56,474 nucleotides of DNA from an uncultured Collinsella sp. (lineage in GTDB: Bacteria > Actinomycetota > Coriobacteriia > Coriobacteriales > Coriobacteriaceae). This document shows positions 1 through 9,463 of this stretch, piece by piece (the first letter of the stretch is position 1; every line of letters starts with the position of its first letter). The notes beneath the pieces are model-generated. The model was not told where the DNA came from. It did no database searches and saw only the letters and a list, made by a program, of their open reading frames with translations. The stretch covers positions 1 to 56,474 of the forward strand of contig CABSNH010000001.1 in assembly GCA_902478985.1 (NCBI GenBank), read 5' to 3'. Made by a program: the position numbers and the translations under genes.

Positions 1-480
1 CTTGTGGATGGCGGGGTTGGCGGGGTTTACAAACTGGCCGGGGATAATGCTGTTGGGTGTCTCCTTCTGCAGTTCCTCGGCCTTGGCGATGGCGCCCTTC
101 ATGCCCTTGGAACCGTCGGTGAGCACGAGCTGTGCGCCGTATGCCTGCATAAGTTTGCGGCGCTCGACGGACATGGTCTCGGGCATGGTGATGATCACCT
201 TGTAGCCGCGAGCCGCCGCCACCGAGGCGATGCCGACGCCGGTGTTGCCACTCGTGGGCTCGATGATGGTGTAGTCGCCGCCGCGCACGAGCTTGCCGGC
301 CTTCTCGGCCTCGTCGATCATGTTCTTGGCGACGCGGTCTTTGACGGACCCGGCGGGGTTGAAGTATTCCAGCTTGACGAGCACGCGGGCCTTGAGGTCC
401 TCATCGGCCTCAAAGTGAGTGAGCTCCAGAAGCGGGGTGTGGCCGATAAGCTGATCGATGGACGTATAAACATTGCTCAT
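1..480 (-). CDS. cysK: Cysteine synthase A (O-acetylserine sulfhydrylase), 5' part; runs off the window edge
   Basis: Manual translation of the minus strand from ATG at 480 gives [20 protein letters not shown]...[16 protein letters not shown]...[14 protein letters not shown] (PLP-lysine SVKDR and TSGNTG motifs); GGAGG RBS upstream. Absent from the ORF track because there is no stop in the window. Confidence 0.95.
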   Translation of the reverse strand, partial: MSNVYTSIDQLIGHTPLLELTHFEADEDLKARVLVKLEYFNPAGSVKDRVAKNMIDEAEKAGKLVRGGDYTIIEPTSGNTGVGIASVAAARGYKVIITMPETMSVERRKLMQAYGAQLVLTDGSKGMKGAIAKAEELQKETPNSIIPGQFVNPANPAIHK

Positions 481-602
481 GGTGAACCTCCAAAGTGTTC
501 AAATGGCTGGATACCGTGTGGGTTCACGGTGTGTGTAGCAGCAAACCCACAAACTTTATGGGTTGTTCTTTTTGCTGTTGGCAAGCATAGTAGACAGTAA
601 AG

Positions 603-619
603 CCTAGTAACGCAATAGG
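603..619. promoter_or_regulatory. Putative Rrf2/CymR-type operator (CCTA-N9-TAGG)
   Basis: CCTAGTAACGCAATAGG in the AT-rich spacer between divergent cysK and the Rrf2 gene; resemblance to CymR/IscR-type sites is from memory only. Confidence 0.4.
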
Positions 620-732
620 AAATAGAAGATTATTGCGAGTCGATTAACCAGCTTGACGGGAATAGGTATTTTCAAAACCAATTTTTCGGCTAGAATTTCT
701 ACGAATTAAAAGACCGAAAGGCAGCAATATAT

Positions 733-1161
733 ATGTTGGTTTCCACAAAGGGCAGATATGCCCTGCGCGTTATGGTCGACCTGGCCGAGCACCAGGCGGC
801 AGGCCGCATTCCCCTCAAAGAGATCGCGGCGCGTCAGGGGATTTCTGAGAAATATCTGGAGAACATTTTGGCTACGCTCGTCCGCGCCAATATGCTCTCG
901 GGCATGCGCGGCAAGGGTGGCGGCTACGTGCTCACGCGCCCGCCCGAGCAGTACACGGTGGGCGAGATCTTGCGCCTGACCGAGGGCAGCCTGGCACCGG
1001 TCGCATGCCTGGACGGCGACTGCAAGGGCTGCTCGCGTTCGGACGAGTGCCCCACGCTCGACGTGTGGAAGAACCTGGACAAGCTCATCAACGACTACCT
1101 CGACGGTGTGACGCTCGATGCGCTCGTTGCCCCCAACGAGGGCTACGACTACGTCATCTAG
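733..1161 (+). CDS. Rrf2 family transcriptional regulator (CymR/IscR-like)
   Basis: STKGRYALRVMVDLA...ISEKYLENIL...RGKGGGY..; C-terminal Cys cluster VACLDGDCKGCSRSDEC; divergent from cysK. Confidence 0.92.
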   Translation: MLVSTKGRYALRVMVDLAEHQAAGRIPLKEIAARQGISEKYLENILATLVRANMLSGMRGKGGGYVLTRPPEQYTVGEILRLTEGSLAPVACLDGDCKGCSRSDECPTLDVWKNLDKLINDYLDGVTLDALVAPNEGYDYVI

Positions 1162-1230
1162 CCCCACCTGTCATTTGGGGACGGGGCAGAAATGCTGGAT
1201 TTTCTTGCCCTCTGAGGCTCGACAAATGAT

Positions 1231-1261
1231 AAGGCCGCCCATCGTTGCGATGGACGGCCTT
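1231..1261. terminator. Stem-loop between convergent Rrf2 and holin-family genes
   Basis: AAGGCCGCCCATCG-TTG-CGATGGACGGCCTT followed by TCTTT. Confidence 0.65.
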
Positions 1262-1297
1262 CTTTAGGTGTGTTGTGGCGGTCCGAATCCGGTCGCT

Positions 1298-1663
1298 TTA
1301 GTTCCTGGCGACGCTGTCGAGAATGCTGCGCATGATGGATACCAGGATGCTGCCCATAAAGGCCGATCCAAAGCTGGCAATGGAGATACCCGCGCCCAGC
1401 AGATTGACCGACAGGTAGCTGGCCAGCTCGAGCATAAAGCTGTTGACCACAAGCTGAAAAATACCAAGCGTGATAATAGTGAGCGGCAGCGAGATGACCG
1501 TCAGGAACGGCTTTACGAGCGAGTCGACTATGTTGAGGAACAGTCCCACGAAGGCAAAACACACCCAGGCGTCGGCCATGCCGAAGGGCTGAATGCCGGG
1601 GACGAGAAACGTTGCGATCGCGATGGCGATTGAGGTAAAGAGCCAGTTAAGCATAAAGCGCAT
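1298..1663 (-). CDS. 4-TM membrane protein, phage holin superfamily IV / YvlD-like
   Basis: MRFMLNW...VKPFLTVISLPLTIITLGIFQLVVNSFML...SFGSAFMGSILVS; AAGAAAGGA RBS before ATG at 1663. Confidence 0.85.
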   Translation of the reverse strand: MRFMLNWLFTSIAIAIATFLVPGIQPFGMADAWVCFAFVGLFLNIVDSLVKPFLTVISLPLTIITLGIFQLVVNSFMLELASYLSVNLLGAGISIASFGSAFMGSILVSIMRSILDSVARN

Positions 1664-1986
1664 GGTGTGAATCCTTTCTTGCGCAAGACGTGGCAAAGAG
1701 GCGTGAGAGGCACATGCCTTTGCAACTCGGGTAGATGCGCGGGCACGGCCCTGTTTGGGCACCCATTGTTCCAGATATTCGTGGAGCTTGCGTGCGCATT
1801 CGGTTTCAAAACGGCGTTCGTCCTAAAAAACGTGCCGCTGGCAGAGAGTCTTGTCGCTTTAGTTTGGTGGTGTGCTAAACTGCTACGGGCAAAAGCCACA
1901 GGCGTTGCCCTATTGCATATTACGGGTGAACGATGCCCGATGTCAGTATCAACTTCGATGCCTTTTGGCGGGTTTGGCGGTGATCG

Positions 1987-2286
1987 ATGAATATCGAGAA
2001 CATGTTTGACAAGCCTGATGTCAAGCAGCTGGTCCACGCATTTAGCCTTTTGGACGACGAGAAAGATATCCAAGCGTTTTTGACCGATATCTGCACGCCG
2101 CGTGAGATTTGCGATCTATCGCAGCGTCTGCAAGTCGCGCGTTACCTGGACGAGGGCGAGCCCTATGTCGAGGTTCAGGCGCGTACCGGCGCTTCGTCCA
2201 CCACGGTGAGCCGTGTATCCAAGGCGCTCAACGGCGAGTACGGTGGCTACCGCAAGATCCTCATTAAACTGGAGGATGGCGAGTAG
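1987..2286 (+). CDS. YerC/YecD family TrpR-related protein
   Basis: FLTDICTPREICDLSQRLQVA...TGASSTTVSRVSKALNGEYGGY signature. Confidence 0.9.
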   Translation: MNIENMFDKPDVKQLVHAFSLLDDEKDIQAFLTDICTPREICDLSQRLQVARYLDEGEPYVEVQARTGASSTTVSRVSKALNGEYGGYRKILIKLEDGE

Positions 2287-2312
2287 GCCAGCGACAACAT
2301 TGAATTACGAAG

Positions 2313-2338
2313 AGCCGTCCCTCCGGGGGCGGTTTTTT
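2313..2338 (+). terminator. Rho-independent terminator
   Basis: AGCCGTCC-CTCCG-GGGGCGGTT hairpin ending in a T-run. Confidence 0.7.
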
Positions 2339-2424
2339 GATCCCCTGGGGACGGAGGAAAACGGATCACCGGGTTAGACTGACCCCCTCGATGATCCGTT
2401 TTCCTCCGTCCCCAGGGGATCAAA
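2336..2424. repeat. REP/MITE-like palindrome, 33-bp perfect inverted repeat with 23-nt spacer
   Basis: TTTGATCCCCTGGGGACGGAGGAAAACGGATCA (2336-2368) and its exact reverse complement at 2392-2424; a single arm recurs at about 40608-40642. Confidence 0.85.
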
Positions 2425-2506
2425 TCTGTTGGCGTGGGGCAAATCTGTCCGCTTGGGCGGGTAGGATGGATACATTGATTATTGCGAACAGTTTGAGCGG
2501 AGGACC

Positions 2507-5500
2507 ATGCCTGTTCGAATCTATACCACCAATGCCGGCACGGATTTGAGCGATGCCGAGTCGGCGTTGCTTGCCGACCTTATTGCCCGCCACGGGCGTG
2601 CCGTGCTGCTGGCGCCAACGTTTGCCGAGCTCGACCTGTGCCGTCATGATGCGGCGGAAGCCGGGATTTCGCTGGGTATCGACTACAAGACGCCTACATC
2701 GTGGCTTCGCTCGCTTTGGGAGCTTTTGGGCGACGGGCGCGGTTTCGTCGACAACCTGCAGCGCCAGATGCTGTTTTCGGACATGGTCACGCGCCTCGAT
2801 GATGCCGACCTGCAGCCGCTTTCGCGCAGCCAGGGCACGGTGCGCATGCTCGCGCGTATGGCCCGCGATGTACTGCCGGGTGTGGCGGGGACGACGGCCG
2901 AGCGATGCCGTGGCAACAATTGCCAGCCTGAGCCAAAAAGCGATGCCGAGGCTCGCGTGTTCGAGCTTTTGCGTGCCTACGCGGGCGGTTTGGACCGTCG
3001 AGATATGGTCGAGCCCTGCGAGGCAGCTGACATTATGGCCGGTGTCCTGGCCGATAACCTGCCGGCGTGCACCCGCGCCGTATGCGTACGTGGTGTCACG
3101 TCGTTTACGTACGGACTGCTCGAGCTGCTGTCTGCCGTGGCGAACAATGGGGGAGAGGTCGTCGTGCTGCTTGCCCACGAGCAGGCGGCTATGCGCGATG
3201 AGCTTGCCACGGCATTTGATGCCCGCGGTGTGCTGTTTGAGGTCGGGCCGCTGGGGGAGGGTGTCGGCGCGTCTGATGCCGCTTGCGGGACCGCCGCTCA
3301 GCCTGCCTTTATTGAGGTCGCCGGGCCCCATGCCCGTGCTCATGTCTATGCGGACGCCATCGATAAGTTGGTGAAAGTGCACAAGGAGTCCAAGGCCGAT
3401 AAAGCTACTGCAACGCCCGCCGACCCCGTGCGCGTGCTCGTTGTTTCTGCCCGGGCACCCCAGCTGTTCGGTGAGCTCGCCTCTCGTCTGGCGGCTCGTC
3501 ATATCGCCGCCGAGACAGCTGAGTTCACGGCGTTTTCCCAATCCATTGCGGGCAGGCAGTTTGCGGCGCTTGCCGGTCTGATCGAGCGTATGAAGGCCGC
3601 CGATGAGGGCATGGCGTCAAAGACCGAGTGGTGGCCCGCGCCGGAGCTTACCGACTGGATCTACAGTCCGCTTTCGGGCGCTGATGCCGTCAATGCCCGT
3701 ACCTTCGATAAGAATATGCGTCTCTCGCGCAGCAAGACTACCGCGGGCGTTAAGAGCCTGCTGCAGAGTGTCCAAGGCCAGGTGAGGGGCGCGCGCAAGG
3801 CGGCGAGCGACGATAACTGGTTTAAGAACGTACCGTGTGTGGTCTCGGACGTGTTCCAGGCTCTGTGGCGTGACAAGCCCGTGACGGCGCTCAAGGCCAT
3901 GCTTGCCGTTGCCGAGGCGTTGCCCGATCGCGCCCTTGGAGGCCTTGACGGTCAGGCTCGTCGCCAGGCGGAGGTGGCCTTGCTGCGCCACGCCATCGAC
4001 ATCCTTATGAATGGCGCCCGCGTGCTCGACGTGTCGCAGGCCGCGACCGTGCCCGTGCTCGATGGCATTCGCACCAAGGTGGACAAGCGTAGCACCGCCT
4101 ACGATTACGAGACCTACGAGGTTGACCGTGCGCCACGTGCTCAGGTTCGTTTTGCTTCGCTTGCCGATGCGGCAGCTCTGCGCCCCGGCAGCTACGATGC
4201 CGTACTGTTTGCCGATGTCGATCTGGACAGCTATCCGCTCTCGCACGAGGAGGGGCCGCTGGCCACGCTGACGGCGAGCCTTGGTCGCGAGGGCGTGACG
4301 CTTGAGCCCGCGGCCTTGCTGCGCGCGCGCTTTGGCCACGCGATGCAGGCGTCACGCGGCCCGGTTACGCTCGCCCGTGTGACCCACGATCGCCAGGCGC
4401 GCGAGTGCTATCCGGCTGCCGTGTGGACCGAGTTGCGGGCGCATGCCGAGGCTGACGGCGCTAAGATCGCTGACGACGCTAAGACCGCTGGTGACGCTAA
4501 AGCCGCTGGCGCCGACAAGGCGAAGTGCGTGGGTGAGGGTGATATCGTAAGGGACTTCGATCCCGCGGCAGGCGAAGGTCTCAAGCGCGAGCGCGTGACC
4601 TGTGAAGCCCCTCAGCATCTGAGTGCCGAGGCCGTGCCGTATTTGGTCCTGCGTCGTCGCGATGGCGAGGGCGAGGACGCGCCGCTCGTGCCGCGCCTGA
4701 CGTCCGCCTCGCAGATCGAGGCCTATTCCACCTGCCCGCTGTGCTGGTTCGTCTCGTATCGCGTCAAACCTCAGTCCATCGATGCGGGCTTTGGCAACAT
4801 GGAGAAGGGCAACTTTGTCCATGACGTGCTGGAGCACTTGCATGCACGTCTTCCGCAGGAGGGCATGGAGCGCGTGACGCCCATGAATCTGCCGCGCGCG
4901 AAGGAGCTGCTGCACGAGGTCTTTGCCGAGACCCTGGCCGAGCACGCCGGCAAGCGCGGTACCGAGGGCCCGCTGGTGCCGCTCTCTCCAGTGGAGGAGC
5001 GCCAGGCGGCCGAGATCTTGCCGCAACTGGAGGGCGTGCTCGCCTACGAGTCCGAGGCGCTCGCGCCCTTCGCGCCGCGCTACCTGGAGTTTGCGTTCAA
5101 CGAGCTCCAGGTCGAGTATGCCGGCTGGCCGCTCGGCGGGCGCATCGACCGCGTGGATGTGGACGCCGAGAACCGCGCTGTGGTGATTGACTACAAGCAT
5201 CGTTCGGGTGTCGAGGAGTTTAAGCTCGCCGACCCCACGGTGCGCGACGAGGAGTCGGGCGAGGCCCCCATCGACGATCCGCGCTGGCTGCCGCCCCATA
5301 CCCAGACACTCATCTACGCGCAGGCCATGCGCCGGGCGCTGGGTCTAGATGCCCGTGCGGCGCTCTATTTTTCGACCAAGGGCGGCAAGCCCGCACTGCG
5401 TGGTGCCGCAAGTGCCGAGTTGCTCGAGGAAGAGCGCGGCGACGGCCGCATTCCGGGCCTCAAGAAGGGCTTTCCGGGCGAGGGCGGCAACATGGACTTC

Positions 5501-5656
5501 GATGCGCTGCTCGACCGCGTGGAGACCGGCATTGCCGAGCGCCTGCGCGAGCTCGAGGCGGGCAACGTTGCCGCTGTCGACCCAACGTCGGCTCAGGCCG
5601 CGCATGCGCGCTGCTCGTATAACCACGAAGGAACGTTTGTAAGGAGGGACGTGTAG
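2507..5656 (+). CDS. AddB/RexB-like PD-(D/E)XK nuclease subunit with degenerate helicase N-terminus
   Basis: C-terminal SASQIEAYSTCP...GNFVHDVLE...GRIDRVD...VVIDYKH...QTLIYA RecB-family nuclease motifs; 3 nt upstream of an AddA-like gene. Confidence 0.85.
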   Translation: MPVRIYTTNAGTDLSDAESALLADLIARHGRAVLLAPTFAELDLCRHDAAEAGISLGIDYKTPTSWLRSLWELLGDGRGFVDNLQRQMLFSDMVTRLDDADLQPLSRSQGTVRMLARMARDVLPGVAGTTAERCRGNNCQPEPKSDAEARVFELLRAYAGGLDRRDMVEPCEAADIMAGVLADNLPACTRAVCVRGVTSFTYGLLELLSAVANNGGEVVVLLAHEQAAMRDELATAFDARGVLFEVGPLGEGVGASDAACGTAAQPAFIEVAGPHARAHVYADAIDKLVKVHKESKADKATATPADPVRVLVVSARAPQLFGELASRLAARHIAAETAEFTAFSQSIAGRQFAALAGLIERMKAADEGMASKTEWWPAPELTDWIYSPLSGADAVNARTFDKNMRLSRSKTTAGVKSLLQSVQGQVRGARKAASDDNWFKNVPCVVSDVFQALWRDKPVTALKAMLAVAEALPDRALGGLDGQARRQAEVALLRHAIDILMNGARVLDVSQAATVPVLDGIRTKVDKRSTAYDYETYEVDRAPRAQVRFASLADAAALRPGSYDAVLFADVDLDSYPLSHEEGPLATLTASLGREGVTLEPAALLRARFGHAMQASRGPVTLARVTHDRQARECYPAAVWTELRAHAEADGAKIADDAKTAGDAKAAGADKAKCVGEGDIVRDFDPAAGEGLKRERVTCEAPQHLSAEAVPYLVLRRRDGEGEDAPLVPRLTSASQIEAYSTCPLCWFVSYRVKPQSIDAGFGNMEKGNFVHDVLEHLHARLPQEGMERVTPMNLPRAKELLHEVFAETLAEHAGKRGTEGPLVPLSPVEERQAAEILPQLEGVLAYESEALAPFAPRYLEFAFNELQVEYAGWPLGGRIDRVDVDAENRAVVIDYKHRSGVEEFKLADPTVRDEESGEAPIDDPRWLPPHTQTLIYAQAMRRALGLDARAALYFSTKGGKPALRGAASAELLEEERGDGRIPGLKKGFPGEGGNMDFDALLDRVETGIAERLRELEAGNVAAVDPTSAQAAHARCSYNHEGTFVRRDV
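4451..4522 (+). repeat. In-frame 18-bp imperfect tandem repeat (4 units)
   Basis: Encodes ADGAKI-ADDAKT-AGDAKA-AGADKA in the linker before the nuclease domain. Confidence 0.75.
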
Positions 5657-5659
5657 ACC

Positions 5660-8600
5660 ATGGATCTTTCGACCTTGATGCCGCAACAGCTGCAAGTCGT
5701 CAAAACGCTCGACCGCCCGCTGTTTGTCTCGGCGGGTGCCGGCTCGGGCAAGACCTTTACCCTCACGCGCCGCATCGTCTATGCGCTCTCGCCCGAATCC
5801 GGTCCGTTTGTCGAGCATCTGGACCAGGTGCTCGCCATTACCTTTACCAAAGACGCCGCGGCCGAGATTCGCGACCGCGTGCGCTGTGCGCTTATCGAAG
5901 AGGGCATGGACGAGGAGGCCCTGACGGTCGACGACGCTTGGATCTCGACCATCCACGGCATGTGCTCGCGTATCCTGCGCGCGCACGCGCTGGAGCTGGG
6001 CATCGATCCTGAGTTCACGGTGCTCACCGATACCGATGAGCTTATGGATCAGGCTGTCGAGCATGTGCTGGGGCGCGCGACGGCGCCCGATGCCGCGCCC
6101 GAGCTTGCCGCCTCGCTTAAGGACCTCTACGCTTGGTATCCCATGGCGGGCGAGGGCGGGCCGTTTGGCGCCGGTACCACCATCAAAGGCCTGGTGCGCG
6201 ACCTGTTGGAGCTATCGAGCCAGCTGCCGGGCGGCATGGACGATGTGTGCGTGGCGCGCGGCCAGGCCGACACCTCGGCGCTTGCCGATGCCTATCGTGC
6301 GGCGCTGGGCGCAAGCAAGGCCACGACCGAGAAAGCGCAGGCGGCACTCGACGCCATCGACGCGTTTGAGGCGAGCGGCAAAACCATGGAGGATGCGGCG
6401 CGACTCATGATGTCGTGCAGCATGCCGCGCGCGAGCAAGGCGTTTCCTAAGGAGCAGGTGGAGCTACTCAAGGCCGAGGCGGCTGATGCGTTTATCAATA
6501 TCGTGCTTGCCTGCGGCGGCCCGGCGCTCGATGCGCTGGTGGGGCTTGCCCGTGCCGTAGAGGCGGAGTACCGTGCGCTCAAGGCCGACCAGTCCGCGCT
6601 CGATAACAATGACCTGCTGCGCATGGCGTACGAGGCGCTGCGCGACTACCCGGCTATTCGAGCTGCCTATGAGGGCCGCTTTAAGATGGTCATGATCGAC
6701 GAGTTCCAAGATACCGACCAGATGCAGGTCGATCTGATTCGCTATTTGACGGGTGCGGGCGAGCGCGCGCTGTGCACGGTGGGCGATGCGCAGCAGTCGA
6801 TCTATCGCTTCCGTGGTGCCGAGGTCGAGGTGTTTCGCCGCCAGGAGCGCAAGGTGGGTTCGATGACGGCGTCCGAGACGGTCACCACGTCCGATGCTCC
6901 CGCCGGCGAGCTCGTCAAACTCGTGCGCAACTTCCGCAGCCACGACGAGGTGCTGCGCTATGTGGCGCGCGTCTTTGACGGCGACACCGGTGGTTTGATG
7001 CAGGGGTTCTTGGATCTTGAACCGAGCGACAAACGCAAGGACATGCTCAAGGCAAAGGCTTCGCGCCGCCAGGCGCTGTTCGTTGCCGGCGGCAGTATGC
7101 AGGAGCGCACGCAGGCCAAGGCCCGTGCGATCGCCGAGCGATTCCATGCGCTTGCCGATGCCGGCCAGCCCCAGGGCGGCATGGTGCTGCTGCTGGGTCG
7201 CATGACCAATGCCGACGTCTACGCGCAGGCCTTCCGCGACCAAGGACTCGACTGCGTCATCGCAGGCGGCTCGGTCTTTGCCCAGGCGGCCGAGGTGCAG
7301 ACGGTGCGTGCCCTGGTCTGCGCGCTCGCCAATCCGGCCGATACGGCCCAAGGCCTTATGCCGTTGCTGGCCTCGCCGATGTTTGCACTCGGCGCCCAGG
7401 AGTTCCTGGCGCTGGCGACCAAGCTCGACGAGCAGACGGGCGAGACGTCGCGCCGCAATATCGATGTGGGCATCATGAGCGATTCCGATGTGCCGGGTTT
7501 GCAGAACCTGCCGCTCGTAACGCGCGCCCGCGAGGTGCTGCGCTACGCACTGCGTCGCGTGGGGCGTGATTCGTTCGCTGCCATCGCGCGCGACGTGGTC
7601 AACGCCTCCGGCTGGTTCGTGCGTCTGGCGCAGCGCGGCCCCGAGGGCAAGGCCATTGCCGCCAACGTGCTCAAGGCGCTCGACGCCGTGGCCGAGGCAG
7701 AGGCCGAGCTCGGCAATTCTCCGCGCTCCATCGCGCTCGCCTTCGACCGCTTCTTGGCGGGCAAGGAGGCCCCGGGCGCCCTCAACGAGGAGGGCGACGG
7801 CGCGGTGCGCATCATGACCGTGCATGCGTCCAAGGGCCTGGAGTATCCGGTCGTGGCGGTTGCCGAGTGTTTTGGCGTGCGCAAATCGTCCGGTGCGGCA
7901 CAGATGGGTCGCGTCGAGGGCGGAGCGCAAGTCGTGGCGCTGCCGGCGCGCTTCGATGGCGTTAAGCTTGCCGACGGAACCTTCGTGAAGGGCGATGACG
8001 TCAAAAAGCAGTTTGAACACGCGTTTAAGGGCAAGGGTACGTCGCTGTGGCTGCCGCCGGAGCTCATGGAGGACGTCTGTGCGACGGGTTCTCCCGCCGA
8101 GGCATTTGCTCGCCTGCGCAACGACGACCTGCAGCTTTCGCTCGAGGAGCGGGCCCGCTTGCTCTATGTTGCCATGACGCGAGCGGGCGAGCTGGTGATC
8201 TTGGCGATGGATGCCGGTGTGAGCCGCGGCAAGGTGATGGCGCCGACCTTCGATGTCGAGACGGATCTGACCTACGACGTGCTGCGCCGCATCCTGCCGA
8301 CCGATAGTCTGGACATGCCGCAGCTCGATAGCGACCGTCTGGTGTTCGACAACTCCCAGCCGGGCGACTACGAGCTCATCTCGCTGGCGGACTTTACGTT
8401 TGGTGAGCAGGCGTTTGAGGCTAACGCTTCGCTGGATGCCGAGGGCAGGCTCGTTCGCGGCGATGTCGATGTCGCTGATAATGCTGCGCGCTCAACTGTG
8501 CCCGGTCCTGCCGACCCCAAGCCCGATGCGTTTGAGCTCGTGTATCCCCAGGCAGTGGGCGTGCGCATGGGCATCTGTCCGTTCCCGGTGCGTGACTCGT

Positions 8601-9286
8601 ATAGCTACTCGTCAATTGCCGTGGCGCTGCATGCCGAGTCCGAGGACCGTGCCGCCGAGGCGCTTGTTCCCATGGACGAGTCCGGCGATGATGCGGAGTC
8701 GGATGGCTCGGAGATGGCCGATGCGGACGTGGCTGCTGTCGAGCCCGCCGGCAACCCCATGGCGCTGGGCTCGGCCTTCCACGCCGCTTGCCAGTGGCTC
8801 ATCGAGATGGGTGCCGATGCGCTGCCCGTTGAGCGTGCCGACGCCCTGGCTCGCTTGTGGCGCCTGACGCCGGAACAGCGCGAGCGCTTCGATGTCGCTC
8901 TGGATCGCTGGCTCAAGTCGTCGGTTCGTGCCGAGCTGCTCGCGTGGCCGTGCATCCGTGCCGAGGTGCCGTTCTTCTCGCTGGGCTGCGAGGACGAGGA
9001 TATCGCCCGCTACGGCGCCTATGCCGAGGGCGCCATCGATGCCTTGGCAACCGACCCGGCGGATCCGTCGCGCGCACTGGTCATCGACTACAAGACGGGC
9101 GGCACGCCGGATGAGACGCCGGAGCAGCTGCTCGAGAAACACGCCTTGCAGGCGCGCGTTTACGCCGACGTTCTGCACAAGGCGGGCTTTGAGGTCGTGA
9201 CCGTCAAGTTCGTTCGCGTGGAGCGGGCGAATCCAACCATCTTCGTCAATCCCGCCGAACCTCAAGTGGTCACCTACAACCTCTAG
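5660..9286 (+). CDS. addA: AddA-like UvrD/SF1 helicase-nuclease
   Basis: Walker A AGAGSGKT, DEFQDT, VGDAQQSIYRFRGA, MTVHASKGLEY, RLLYVAMTRA, C-terminal GAIDAL...VIDYKTG...QARVYA. Confidence 0.88.
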   Translation: MDLSTLMPQQLQVVKTLDRPLFVSAGAGSGKTFTLTRRIVYALSPESGPFVEHLDQVLAITFTKDAAAEIRDRVRCALIEEGMDEEALTVDDAWISTIHGMCSRILRAHALELGIDPEFTVLTDTDELMDQAVEHVLGRATAPDAAPELAASLKDLYAWYPMAGEGGPFGAGTTIKGLVRDLLELSSQLPGGMDDVCVARGQADTSALADAYRAALGASKATTEKAQAALDAIDAFEASGKTMEDAARLMMSCSMPRASKAFPKEQVELLKAEAADAFINIVLACGGPALDALVGLARAVEAEYRALKADQSALDNNDLLRMAYEALRDYPAIRAAYEGRFKMVMIDEFQDTDQMQVDLIRYLTGAGERALCTVGDAQQSIYRFRGAEVEVFRRQERKVGSMTASETVTTSDAPAGELVKLVRNFRSHDEVLRYVARVFDGDTGGLMQGFLDLEPSDKRKDMLKAKASRRQALFVAGGSMQERTQAKARAIAERFHALADAGQPQGGMVLLLGRMTNADVYAQAFRDQGLDCVIAGGSVFAQAAEVQTVRALVCALANPADTAQGLMPLLASPMFALGAQEFLALATKLDEQTGETSRRNIDVGIMSDSDVPGLQNLPLVTRAREVLRYALRRVGRDSFAAIARDVVNASGWFVRLAQRGPEGKAIAANVLKALDAVAEAEAELGNSPRSIALAFDRFLAGKEAPGALNEEGDGAVRIMTVHASKGLEYPVVAVAECFGVRKSSGAAQMGRVEGGAQVVALPARFDGVKLADGTFVKGDDVKKQFEHAFKGKGTSLWLPPELMEDVCATGSPAEAFARLRNDDLQLSLEERARLLYVAMTRAGELVILAMDAGVSRGKVMAPTFDVETDLTYDVLRRILPTDSLDMPQLDSDRLVFDNSQPGDYELISLADFTFGEQAFEANASLDAEGRLVRGDVDVADNAARSTVPGPADPKPDAFELVYPQAVGVRMGICPFPVRDSYSYSSIAVALHAESEDRAAEALVPMDESGDDAESDGSEMADADVAAVEPAGNPMALGSAFHAACQWLIEMGADALPVERADALARLWRLTPEQRERFDVALDRWLKSSVRAELLAWPCIRAEVPFFSLGCEDEDIARYGAYAEGAIDALATDPADPSRALVIDYKTGGTPDETPEQLLEKHALQARVYADVLHKAGFEVVTVKFVRVERANPTIFVNPAEPQVVTYNL

Positions 9287-9298
9287 TCCTCAGATAAC

Positions 9299-9361
9299 TT
9301 GCGGTGGAATACGGACTGTTTTGGTCAAAAAAGCCGCCAAACAGTCCGCATTTCACCGCAA
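9299..9361. repeat. Intergenic 23-bp imperfect inverted repeat (REP-like)
   Basis: TTGCGGTGGAATACGGACTGTTT ... AAACAGTCCGCATTTCACCGCAA (21/23 complementary), no U-tract. Confidence 0.7.
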
Positions 9362-9463
9362 CTCAATAGGAGCCGTGTGGGTTTGGGCTAGGTTCGGGTG
9401 CCGTCCGCGCCGTGCGGTAGAATCGTAACCCTAAGATCACGAACCCGCATCGGAGCTCATCAC

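Noticed and set aside
4..600. 198-aa plus-strand ORF and other long antisense ORFs (e.g. 9437-11563, 22077-23699, 43220-45577, 51084-52472)
   Set aside because: Shadow frames opposite well-supported genes, as expected in GC-rich DNA.
1298..1663. Holin as evidence of a prophage
   Set aside because: This membrane family is commonly chromosomal, and no endolysin, integrase or structural genes are nearby.
2484..2498. SOS box before the AddB-like gene
   Set aside because: Only the CGAAC half-site is present; no GTTC at the correct spacing.
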